DNA of 64,000 nt from Dictyostelium discoideum. Taxonomy: Eukaryota. Shown in pieces: positions 49,118 to 63,540 of the stretch; position 1 is the stretch's first letter, and each line of letters begins with the position of its first letter. The notes under the pieces were generated by a model. The model saw only the letters and a list, made by a program, of their open reading frames with translations, was not told where the DNA came from and ran no database searches. The stretch is taken from contig CM000151.3 in the NCBI GenBank assembly GCA_000004695.1, forward strand, positions 1,760,001-1,824,000, given 5' to 3'. Made by a program: the position numbers and the translations under genes.

Positions 49118-49246
49118 GTTTGAGGCGATCGTTTTTTTTTTAAGATTTTAATACCTAAATAAAAATATGTAACAATTAATACTGTGTCATAATAGTTACT
49201 TATTTGGTTAAAAAAAAATTTTATTTCTATATTTGTTTAATTTTTA

Positions 49247-49277
<31 letters not shown>

Positions 49278-49597
49278 AAAAGAAGAATTCCATATTTATG
49301 TTTTACTTTTGTGGCCAATTATTTATTTTAATGAATAGATTTTAAAAAAATATATATAAACAGCATAAATGTTAAAAAATCCCAATAATATTTAAAAAAT
49401 TAAAATCAAAGAATGGAGAATTCAATATAAAAAAAAAAATAAAAAAATTCTATTTATTTTGACAAACCAATTTAAAAATTATTTGAACCAATGTCATTTT
49501 TTTTTTTTTTTTTATTTTTATTTTTATTTTTTTTTTTTTTTTTTTTTTTTAAATGATAATAGAATACTATTACTATAACATTTTTTTTTTTTATTAT

Positions 49598-49690
49598 ATT
49601 AATTAATTAACTAATTAATTAATTAACCAATTAATTAATTAATTAACTAATTAATTAATTAACCAATTAATTAATTAATTAATTAATCAG
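49598..49690. repeat. (TTAATTAATTAACYAA)-type higher-order TTAA-rich tandem repeat
   Basis: Direct reading: ttaattaattaactaattaattaattaaccaa repeated about 3 times. Confidence 0.75.
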
Positions 49691-50135
49691 AAAATGTAAA
49701 AATAATTTTTCACAAATAACTATTAATTGTTTAAAACTCAATTTAGAAGAAATCTTTTAAACATATCGAGATTTCCATTAAAAAATAAATAATAAAATAT
49801 TAAAAATTAAAAATTGTAAATAAAAATAAAAATAAAAATTAGGAATCTTTTTTTTATAAAAAACTATTTTATTTTTTATTATTATTTTAATCAAACTTTT
49901 TTTTTTTTTTTTTTTATACATTATATTATTTTTTAAAATTTTTGTTGTTGTTTTTGGGTTAATTAAAAAAAAAAGCCTATTTAAATAATCATTTTAAAAT
50001 ATTAAAATTAGAAAATTATATTATTATTCAAAACAGAATTTTTTTATTTTTTTTTTAGTTGTTTAATTATTTTAAAAGTTTGTTCGAAACCACAATTTAA
50101 ACCATCCACAAAATTAGATAATTCCATTATGACTT

Positions 50136-50202
50136 CAACAGTTTACCCGTCCTGTCCCTGAAAAGCCTGGTAATGGGAAGACAATTCAATCAGGCAACTG
50201 TA
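50136..50202. ncRNA. Candidate small structured ncRNA (Class-I-like?) in a GC-rich island; strand undetermined
   Basis: 50095-50225 is far more GC-rich than the surrounding 3 kb AT desert. ACAGTT (50138-50143) and AACTGT (50196-50201) can form a terminal stem enclosing 52 nt, with an internal GCCTG/CAGGC pair. An upstream ATCCACAA (50104-50111) is one mismatch from the DUSE consensus [AT]CCCA[CT]AA, recalled from memory as lying about 60 nt upstream of Dictyostelium snRNA and Class I genes. There is no protein-coding signal. Confidence 0.25.
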
Positions 50203-51285
50203 AAGAGTTGCAACGGAAAAAAGCGAATTATATATAAAACTTTTTGTATTATAAAAATTTCTTTTTAATAGCATTTATTTTCAAATTAATTTGTGGGATT
50301 TTTTTTTTTTTGAAATTTTTTTTTTTTTTTTTTTTAATATTTTCACTTTTTGACTTTTTTTAAGAAAATAAACAATTACTAATTAAATTTTATTATCCAT
50401 TTCTTTTTTTTTTTTTTTATTTAAATATTAATTTTATTATAATTAATTTTATTATAATAATATTTAAATTTATAATAATATTGACATTTTTTATACTACA
50501 ATAATATTTTATTGAAATAATAATATTCAAAAAAAAAAATAATATGAAAGAATGAAAACAAAGAAATATTTGAATCAAAAATATTTTAATAATCATCAAG
50601 TATAAAAAGAATCAATTGTTTTTTAATTAATTCATCTCCTTATTTAGATTTTTTATAATAAAAAAAATAAAAAAAATAAAAAAAATAATAAAACCAATAA
50701 AAAAATAATAAAAAATAATTAAAAATAATTAAAAAAATAAAAAAATAAATAACAAAAAAAAAATTATAATAATAAAAATAAAAATACATTTTAATACAGA
50801 TTTTTTATTTTATATTTAATTTGAAAATTCGAATCGGGTCGATTTAATCCGAATTTCAATTAAAATGAAAAAATGTGTGGTAATGGAATTGAGCACACAT
50901 ACAAATAATTAAAAAATAAAAAATAATTATTTTTTTTTATTTTTTTTTTTGAATTTTTTTTTTTGAATTTTTTCATACCAATTGACTGGTCCGTGGGAAA
51001 TTCAAAAATATCAATAAATTTTTTTTCTTTTTTCTTTTTTTTATTTTTTTTTTTTTTTTGAATTTTTTCAACTCGACCTAACAAATAAAAAAAGGTAACA
51101 TTTCATTCATATAAATATTTGATTTTTTTTTTTTTTTTTATTCAAGTTATTATTTTAATAAATTAAATAAAAAAACAAATTAAAAAAAAATAAAAAATAA
51201 AAAAAACAAAAACTAATGTTTAAGTTTTAAAAAAAATAAAATTAAATAAAAAAAAAATAAAAATTTTTAATACCTATAAAGCAAA

Positions 51286-51693
51286 ATGCAAAATAAACCA
51301 TCATTCATTTTAAGAAACCCATCAGCTAATAAAGGTAAGATTAAAAAAAAGATAAAAATAAAAAACTATTTATAATAATGAAAGTAACAATAAACAATAA
51401 ACAATAAAAATTAAAAAAAAAAAAAAAAAAACGGATCAAAAAATTCCATTTTAAACAATTTGTGATCACATAAAATTTTTCATTTTTTAAAAAAAAAAAA
51501 TTAAAAATTAAAAAATAAAAAATAAAAAAAATTTTATAATGTTCCGAAAAAACACAAAAACACACACACAGTCATCAATTTAAATAAATATCATTCGGCA
51601 ATTTACAACCAAAAAAAAAAAAAAAAAAAAAAAAATTAAAAAATAAAAAATTGAAATTTACAACACCGAATTTATTAATTCAATCTCAAAATT

Positions 51694-51747
<54 letters not shown>

Positions 51748-53462
51748 TTTTCTTTTTTTTTATAGTTTTTTTTTTTTATTTCTTGTTACACCTATATAAT
51801 TTAATATTAATAATATCTTAAATTTTTCATTTTTTTTTTAAAAAAAAAAAATAAAAAAAAAAATAAAAAAATTTAGGTACTGGTTTTAATAATGAAGAAA
51901 GAGAAAAATTAGGATTAAAAGGTTTATTACCACCAAAGGTTGAATCATTACAAGAACAATCAGATAGAGCATTATCACAATTTACATCATTTAATACAAA
52001 CTTGGAAAGATATATTTTCTTAAATTGTTTACGTGATCGTAATGAAACTTTATTCTATTATTTATTAAGTAATAATTTAGAATTAATGATGCCAATCATT
52101 TATACACCAACCGTAGGTGAAGCATGTCAAAAGTTTGGTAATGAATTCCGTTTCGCCCAAGGTATGTATTTTGCATCCCAAGATAAAGGTAACATTCGTG
52201 CCATGATGGACAATTGGCCAGCCGAAGGTGTCGATATTATCGTTGTTTCCGATGGTTCACGTATTTTGGGTTTAGGTGATCTCGGTACCAACGGTATGGG
52301 TATCCCAGTTGGTAAGTTACAATTGTACGTCGCCGGTGCTGGTTTCTGTCCAACCCGTACACTCCCAGTCATTATCGATAGTGGTACAAACACCAAGAAA
52401 TACCTCGAAGATAAATATTATTTAGGTGAACGTCATCCACGTATCCCAGACTCTGAATATTACCCATTGGTTGATGAGTTCCTTGCCGCCGCCTTCAACA
52501 AATGGCCAAAGGTTATCGTCCAATTCGAAGATATCTCCAACGACCATTGCTTCAACCTCCTCGACGAATACCGTAACAAGTATTTATGTTTCAACGACGA
52601 TATTCAAGGTACTGGTAGTGTCATCTTGTCAGGTTTCATCAATGCCGTCCGTTCCGTTCAAAAACCAATCAAAGAACATCGTATGGTATTCTTGGGTGCT
52701 GGTTCCGCTGGTATTGGTGTTGCCGATTGCATTATGTCCCTCTTTGATGAAGCTGGCGTTAGCAAAGAAGAAGCCAGAAAGAGTTTCTGGTTCGTCGATT
52801 CTAAAGGTTTAATTACTACCACCCGTGGTGACGAATTAACCTCACAAAAGAAACAATACGCTCGTGAGGATTACACCTACCAATTGAAATCATTATTAGA
52901 GGTTGTCCGTGACGTTAAGCCAACCGCTATCATTGGTTTATCAGGTATCGGTGGTTCATTCTCTCAAGAAGTAATTGAAGAAATGGCCAAACACGTCGAG
53001 AAACCAATCGTTTTCGCTCTCTCAAATCCAACCACCAACGCTGAATGTACCGCAGAACAAGCTTACCAATGGACCGATGGTCGTTGTATCTTTGCCTCTG
53101 GTTCACCATTCAAACCAGTCGAATACAAAGGTAAAACCTTTGTTCCAGGTCAAGGTAACAATATGTACATCTTCCCAGGTCTTGGTTTAGCCGCTAGCGT
53201 TTGTGAAGCTAAACATGTCACTGATGCTATGATCATTACTGCCGCTAAAACTCTTGCCTCCTTTGTAGAAGACTCTGAAGTTCTCACTGGTAAAATCTAT
53301 CCAGGTCTCCAACATATTCGTGAAATCTCAACAAGAATCGCCGTTAAAGTCATTGAAAAAGCTTATGAAGAAGGTATGGCTCAATTACCACGTCCAGATA
53401 ATATTGAAGCTTTAGTCAAATCTCGTCAATATGTTCCATCTTATGATAAATCAAAAAATTGA
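51286..53462 (+). CDS. malA: NADP-dependent malic enzyme, 544 aa, 2 exons: 51286..51334 and 51877..53462
   Basis: Exon 1 is MQNKPSFILRNPSANK+G with a GTAAGA donor at 51335. A 542-bp intron ends tttAG at 51875-51876. Exon 2 is GTGFNNEEREKLGLKGLLPPKVESLQEQ... running into ORF 52002..53462. That ORF carries malic-enzyme motifs (YTPTVGEAC, VVSDGSRILGLGDLG..GMGIPVGKL, FNDDIQGTG, GAGSAGIG). The split codon G|GT is in phase. The 544-aa length matches my memory of Dictyostelium malA. Confidence 0.93.
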
Positions 53463-53521
53463 CTATCTTGCCCAATTTCACCAAATACAAATAGATTAAG
53501 TCCAAAGTTATAAACTTAAAT

Positions 53522-53555
<34 letters not shown>

Positions 53556-53559
53556 TTAT

Positions 53560-53599
<40 letters not shown>

Positions 53600-53691
53600 A
53601 TTTGTATGTAATTCATTTAAAAATTATTTTTGTTCTATTTTTATAAAAATTTTTAACTTAAAAAAAAAATTAAAAAAAAAATTAAATTAAA

Positions 53692-53726
<35 letters not shown>

Positions 53727-53859
53727 TTTCTTTCTTGGGGTGTATATATGTAGACAAGAAAAAAAAAAAAAAACAGTTCGGAGGCGATCACCTCGGAATT
53801 ATTTAAACTTATTTTTCATTTTTAAAAAATTTATAGGATATTTTTCATTCGTTGGGGAT

Positions 53860-53905
53860 TTCTTTAATTTTTGGGTGGCGTTCTTTAATTTTTGGGTGGC
53901 GTTTC
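53860..53905 (+). promoter_or_regulatory. Direct 22-bp tandem duplication carrying two G-rich TGGGTGGCG boxes (G-box/GBF-like?)
   Basis: ctttaatttttgggtggcgtt appears twice in tandem, about 420 bp upstream of the gene starting at 54324. TGGGTG fits the (T/G)G(T/G)G(T/G)G half-site pattern, recalled from memory for G-box binding factor. This is inference only. Confidence 0.25.
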
Positions 53906-54136
53906 CTTGGTTTTCGAAATTTTTTTAAAAAAAGAATTGATAAAAATGTGATTGGATTTTAATTTTCACAAAAAAAAAGATCAAAAAAAGATCTTCCCTA
54001 AAATTAAAGAATTTGAAAATAACAAGAAAAAAAATGTTTTTCGTATTTTAGAAAAAAAAAAAAGTATATAAATAAAACAAGTTTTTTTTCTTATTCTCTA
54101 AAAACAACTTTGGTTTATAAAGAAAAAAAAAAAAAA

Positions 54137-54300
<164 letters not shown>

Positions 54301-54323
54301 AAATAAATAAATAATAAAATAAA

Positions 54324-54535
54324 ATGAATATCGATAAGGCACGTGTTAAAACTTTAAAATCAAGTGGATGTTCTAATTCATTTGGTTCCTTTGAATCAAC
54401 ATACCCTGCAAATTTACATGGTACAATGGACGATTTTGAGGTAATTACTCATGAATAGTTATTTTTTAATAATAATAATAATCATAATAATAATAATAAT
54501 TTCTGTTTATTAAAAAATATTAATATTTTATTATT

Positions 54536-54582
<47 letters not shown>

Positions 54583-55406
54583 TAGTTCAAAACTACAATT
54601 AAAAATATTAATGCTAAATGTAATACTGTTTTAAGTAAAAAATATTATTTAGTCTTTTTAATTAGTTTGGTTGGTTTAATTTTAGTAATTGTTGGTTTTA
54701 CTAAAAGTGCAAATAGTGTGAATTCTGCAGGTGGATTTCGTATGGATGCTCCAAAACAAGATAATTTGAATGATTTCAGTATTGGTTTTAGTGATAATTT
54801 TAGTGAAGATTTTAATAATAATAATAATAATTACGATGACGATGATGATTCATCACCATCTAACTTTGTTGGTGGCTTCGTTTTTATTGCTCTTGGTTTT
54901 GCTTTAATGTTTTTGGGTTGTTGTATTTTTGGTATTTCATTTGCAGTTTTCAGAAATAAAGTAAGTTTTTTTTCTTTTATTATTATTTGTTTATAAATCT
55001 GTTAAATTATTTGTTTTATTTTAAAAATATTAATTTTTTTTTTTTTATATAAAAGGTTTTAAATAAAATTAGAGATGAATTAGTTGCAGTAAATAAACAT
55101 TTCAATGCAAGAGGAATTACATGGAATTTAGAATCAGAAGTTGTTAGAAAATATATCCCAAGACATGAATATAATGTCCATAGAAATAATCAAGCCTATA
55201 GAAACAGTATCAAATATGATCATGAACAAAGACCATACAGAGAAGAAACTGTCCACTTTATTGAAATTGTATTCCCAGCTAAACAAAATCAAATTTTTGT
55301 TCCAGTCCATTTTTCAAGCATGCCTAAAATTCAAATGAATGGTACCACATCCAATATGGACTCTGGTTTGGGTTTTTCAAGTAATGGAGGTAATACTTTC
55401 CATTAA
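54324..55406 (+). CDS. Small single-pass membrane protein, about 280 aa, 3 exons: 54324..54440, 54586..54960, 55056..55406; tandem paralog of the next gene
   Basis: Exon 1 MNIDKARVKTLKSSGCSNSFGSFESTYPANLHGTMDDFE with a GTAATT donor. Exon 2 FKTTIKNINAKCNTVLSKKYYLVFLISLVGLILVIVGF... (TM helix) ...FVFIALGFALMFLGCCIFGISFAVFRNK with a GTAAGT donor at 54961. Exon 3 VLNKIRDELVAVNKHFNARGITWNLE...RPYREETVHFIEIVFP...stop at 55404-55406. All introns are phase 0. Supported by parallel structure and conserved motifs (STYP..L.G, VLNKI..EL, KPYREE..FIEI) with the downstream paralog. Confidence 0.7.
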
Positions 55407-55621
55407 AATGAATTCAAATTTTTAAAAAAGCATTCAGAAATTAACAAAAAAAAAAAAAAAAAAAATGAACTAAATAAAAATTAAAATAAAAAATAAAAAT
55501 TAAAATAAAAGATAAAAAATAAATTTTTTTTTTGAGTTTTTAAATCATTTGATCTAAAATTTTTAACATTGATTATATTTTCATTTTAAATTTGATTATT
55601 TTTTTGGATTTTCAAAATATC

Positions 55622-55658
<37 letters not shown>

Positions 55659-55854
55659 GCTTTTATTTTTTTTAGAAAAAAAAAAAACCATTTATTTCAA
55701 AGAAATGATTTGGAGTTTTAATTGAATTTTAAGTGGGATTTTATTACCAAAGGTACCTTGGAACATTAATACCAAGAACACCAAACAGATTTTAAAAAAG
55801 GATCAGTTTGAAGAAATTTTTCTTTTTTTTTTCATAAATTTTTTTTTTTTTCAT

Positions 55855-55897
<43 letters not shown>

Positions 55898-55901
55898 CAC
55901 A

Positions 55902-56060
55902 ATGAATATATCAAGAGTAAATTCTACACCAAAAGGTTCAACATTTGAGCTAACATATCCTACACATTTAAATGGGTTAATACAACAATCTGAAGTTTGT
56001 ATTTTTTTATTATTTTAAATTATAAAAACTTTAAATTTTTTAATAAATAATTTTTATTAA

Positions 56061-56110
<50 letters not shown>

Positions 56111-56792
56111 AGTTTGAAATAATATTAAATAGAATAAATAAACTCAGTACACCATTATCATCAAAAAATAATTTATTTTTATTATTTTTATTTTTAGTTG
56201 GCATTATTTTAATTATAATTGGAGTTGTGAAAGGATTTTCAAAAGAAGGAAACCAGATTTTAGCTGGATTTGGTTTAATTACATCATTCTTTTCTTTATT
56301 TTTATTTTTAATAATATTTATAATTTCAAAAATTAATGTTTGTATAAAAATTTAAAATTTTAAAACTTTGATTTAGATTTTTTTTTATTTTTTATTTTAT
56401 TTTTTTATTATTTAATATTAATTTTTTATTTTTCTTATAATTTTAAAATTATCTATATATATAGGTTTTAAATAAAATAAAATATGAATTAGATTTAATT
56501 AATGAAAATTATAAATCAAAAAATATAAAATGGTCATTACGTCATGATTTGAACATTAACTTTATTAATGAAGAATTATATAAAAAAAAACTTGGAAAAA
56601 GTACATTTATGCATGGAATTAAATATGATAATAACAATAAACCATACAGAGAAGAGTATATTTATTTCATAGAAATAGAATCCCCTTCTAGATTTTTACA
56701 AAATTTAACTGTAAAAACTTTTTCATCAAATCAAAATCATTGTGATACAATTATTTCATTTCAGAATAATAATAATAGTGATAATAATAGTG

Positions 56793-56877
<85 letters not shown>

Positions 56878-56935
56878 TAATATCCAAGATGAGAAAGGGA
56901 TTTGTATTAATGTGGATGAATTAAAAAATTTTTAA
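55902..56935 (+). CDS. Paralog of the 54324 gene, about 262 aa, 3 exons: 55902..55994, 56113..56337, 56465..56935
   Basis: Exon 1 MNISRVNSTPKGSTFELTYPTHLNGLIQQSE with a GTTTGT donor. Exon 2 FEIILNRINKLSTPLSSKNNLFLLFLFLVGIILIIIGVVKGF...FIISKIN with a GTTTGT donor at 56338. Exon 3 VLNKIKYELDLINENYKSKNIKWSLRHD...KPYREEYIYFIEIESP... ending with a coding (AAT)n poly-N and stop at 56933-56935, which is ORF 56549..56935. All phase 0. Confidence 0.7.
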
Positions 56936-57674
56936 AATGAAAAAAAATAAAAAAAAAATAAAACAAAAATAAGCAAATTTGATGTGGTAAAAAATTTCAA
57001 AGAAATGTAATCAAGATTTTTAAAATTTAAAAATCTTAAAAAAAAAAATAAAAAAAAAAATAAAAATAAAAATAAAAATAAAAAAAAAATATTTTACAAT
57101 TTGAGATTTGTAAGTTTTCTTTTAAAAATATTCTTTTTTTTTTTTCACCTTTTTTTTTAAAAAAAAAAACTTAATTTAGAATTTTAAATTAGAACCTAAT
57201 TTTCCTAAAAAATAAAAAATAAAAAATAAAAAATAAAAATTAAAAAATAAAAAAAATTAATTTTTTATTTTTTTAATTTTTTTTTTTTTTTTGTTTATTT
57301 TTTTATTTTTTATTACGGGTGATAGCAATAAAAAAATTATTTTTTTAAATATTTAAAAATAACAATAAAAATAAAATAAAATAATTAAATTAAAAATAAA
57401 ATAAATAATAATTTTTTTTATTTTATATCTATTTTTTTATTGAAGCATAGCTGTAGTATTCAAACTTTATTATAAACTATGGTTCTTTTTCTTCAACCAG
57501 GCCAAAAAGTGTTGTAAAATAAAACAAAAACAAAAAAATAAATAAAAATCAAAATAAAAAAAAAAAAATCAAAATATATTTTTTTTTTTTTTATTAGAAT
57601 AAAAACAAAAAGAACAAAAAAAAAAAAAAAAGACTTTGTTTCTTTTTTTTTTTTAACAGATACAGTTGGAAAAA

Positions 57675-61055
<3,381 letters not shown>

Positions 61056-61203
61056 AAAAAAAAAAAAAAAAAAATCAAAAAAAAAAATCAAAACAAAACA
61101 AATCAAAAATATTAAAAAAAAAAAAATAATAAAAGATTAAAAAATTATTTATATAAAAAAATAATAATAATAAATTTTCAAATTTTTTATTAATTAATTA
61201 TAA

Positions 61204-61872
61204 TTAATTACAAAATACAGAATAATAATTATTTTCATTAATTAAAGTTGGAGAAGTTGAATTAATTTGTTGACAATTTGCAGAGGTATAAGATGGACCA
61301 CAACCCCAAATTGAACAGTAATAGGTGTATGGTTGATTTGAAGCACTACAATAGTATGATGATGGTCTTGAAGTTGATTTTTCAATTGCTTTAGTTGCAT
61401 TACTAAAATATTGAATATTGGTTACTTCATTTTCATTACATGAGTCAACATTATACATAAATGATTTAATGTAACTATTACTATTGATTAATGGTTGATT
61501 TGAAATTGAGACTTTATAAAAATATTGAACTGCTGGTAATGATGATTCGTCAAATGCAATATTTGTATTCTTTATACAATTACCAATTTTAACAGTTTGG
61601 GTTGTAGTTGCAGATCCTGAACAAACTGGTTCAATTACGTTTTCAACGGAATATTTAGCCCATTTAACTTGGTTTGATGATGATGTAAACATGTAGGTGT
61701 TGTTTCTGTCATAGGTGGTGCATGTGTCAAGTTGGATTGAGTAACCGATACCTTGTGAATTTCCACTACATTTACCATTTGAAAATGGTTGGAAATTGAC
61801 ATATTGAACTTGTGATTTTACAAATAAAATATTTATTATAAAAACAACTAATAATGTTATTAAAAATTTCAT
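61204..61872 (-). CDS. Secreted Cys-containing protein of unknown function, 222 aa
   Basis: Minus-strand ORF with AAAAAATG start. N-terminus MKFLITLLVVFIINILFVKSQ is a signal peptide. 14 Cys and several N-glycosylation sequons. No recognised domain. Confidence 0.7.
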   Translation of the reverse strand: MKFLITLLVVFIINILFVKSQVQYVNFQPFSNGKCSGNSQGIGYSIQLDTCTTYDRNNTYMFTSSSNQVKWAKYSVENVIEPVCSGSATTTQTVKIGNCIKNTNIAFDESSLPAVQYFYKVSISNQPLINSNSYIKSFMYNVDSCNENEVTNIQYFSNATKAIEKSTSRPSSYYCSASNQPYTYYCSIWGCGPSYTSANCQQINSTSPTLINENNYYSVFCN

Positions 61873-62375
61873 TTTTTTTATCTTTTATCTTTTATCTTTT
61901 ATCTTTATATTGTTGTAATGTAAAAAAAAAAAAAAAAATATGAAATTGTAAAAACGAAAAAAATTTTTTTTTTTTTTTTTTTTATTTTTTTTATTATATA
62001 TACATTTATAATTATCATATTTGTTTTAAACATATAAAGTGATTAAATAAATATTGGTGATAATGAAAATTTTAATTAAATAGTTTTTTTTTTTTTTTTC
62101 TTGACTTAAAATTTTAAGTTGAATCCGTCCTTTAAAGATTTAAAATTTTAAATTTTTTTTTTTAAACAAAACAATTTTTTATATTTTTATTTTTTTATTT
62201 ATTTTATAACAATAAAAAAGAAAAAAGAAAAAAAGAAAAAATTTGAATCTTATTTTTTAATTTAATTATCATATAAATTATAATATTAATAAAAAAAAAA
62301 AAAAAAAAAAAAAATAAATAAATAATAAACAAGAATTGTTTTTTATTTTAAAAAAAAGAATTTAAAAAAAAAAAA

Positions 62376-62588
62376 ATGAAGGATTATGAAATTGTATTCA
62401 CCGTTTTTAGTTCAATAATTTTTGCATTCCTTCTTTTCAGGTTATGCAAATTTTGTTGTGTTTTTTGCTGTGCATTATGTAATGTCCCAGATAATGTTTA
62501 CGGAAGAAAAAGACCAAGAGGTTCAATAGTTGTAGAAGAAAATGAAGATGATGGAAATGGAGAGAAGGAAGGTTTATTAAACGTTTAA
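62376..62588 (+). CDS. Candidate small Cys-rich single-TM protein (70 aa)
   Basis: ORF with AAAAAATGAAGG start context. Hydrophobic segment VFTVFSSIIFAFLLF followed by CKFCCVFCCALC (palmitoylation-like Cys cluster) and an acidic tail. Coding-like composition, but there is no homology support. Confidence 0.35.
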   Translation: MKDYEIVFTVFSSIIFAFLLFRLCKFCCVFCCALCNVPDNVYGRKRPRGSIVVEENEDDGNGEKEGLLNV

Positions 62589-62649
62589 TCGGTTTTCCCG
62601 TTGGTCTCCATTTATAAAAAATAAAATTAAACAAAATAAAAATCATCTA

Positions 62650-63489
62650 AAATAAATCAAAAATCTATTTTATTTAATGTTTTTCTTTCCTTTTTATTTT
62701 TAAAGGTTGTAAGGTTGGGGATTGTAGTAGTTTCTATTAATGAACCACATTTTAGTACAACTGTTATCGTGGTTGCTGTAATCATCTATGTATCTATTTA
62801 TTATACTTAACGTTAATACAACCGTATTGATTGTTTCTAGACTACCATTAATGAGAGAGACAGAGATTGAGGGAGAGAGAGAGATAGAGAGAGAGATAGA
62901 CTTACATTTTTCATCACACATGATATCTTTAATATGAGATTGAATTAAAGAGCAAGAGATAAAGCCATATCATTGTTATCAATGATAATTAAATATCAGA
63001 AATTTTATTGAATACGAAGGTAGGAACTTCATTATGATTTACGGTTTCATCATATAAAGCTAAATAATATTGAATGGTGGAAGGTTGTACTTGTTGTTTT
63101 GGTGGTTCTTTGAAGTTCTTATCTAACAATGAAGGAATAGTATTTATTGTTGTTATAACCAAGGGTAATTTTTTTTTGAATTGGATAACGCAATTATTAT
63201 TTGCTTCTCCTTGAGATGCTAGATCTCATTTTATTTATTTTTTTTTTTTACAGGGTCTTTTTGATTAAAACATCTTTTTTGTCCAAACTTTTTTCTAAAT
63301 CTTTTTTTATTTTATCGTCTGGTTCGTGATTGATGTTTATGACGTATTTGAATTGTTTTTTTTTTAATTGAGTTTTATCCACAATTTCGCTTATTTTTTG
63401 TAGGCATTTGTGTTGCTTAATATTTGTGGTGTTGTTTGTGATTTTCATTTTATTTTCTTTCTATCTTTTTTATTTTTCTGATTAACTTG

Positions 63490-63540
<51 letters not shown>

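Noticed and set aside
50104-50111. Confident annotation of a DUSE promoter element
   Set aside because: It has one mismatch to a short degenerate consensus recalled from memory, and a similar TCCACAAAT occurs at 5766 with no adjacent structured island. It is kept only as supporting context for the ncRNA candidate.
51341-51565. Minus-strand ORF inside the malA first intron
   Set aside because: Low-complexity F/I/L-rich translation of AT-rich intron sequence; no start context.
52127-53190. ORFs 52127..52396(-), 52426..52812(+) and 52975..53190(+) overlapping malA
   Set aside because: Antisense or alternative-frame to a strongly supported malic-enzyme CDS.
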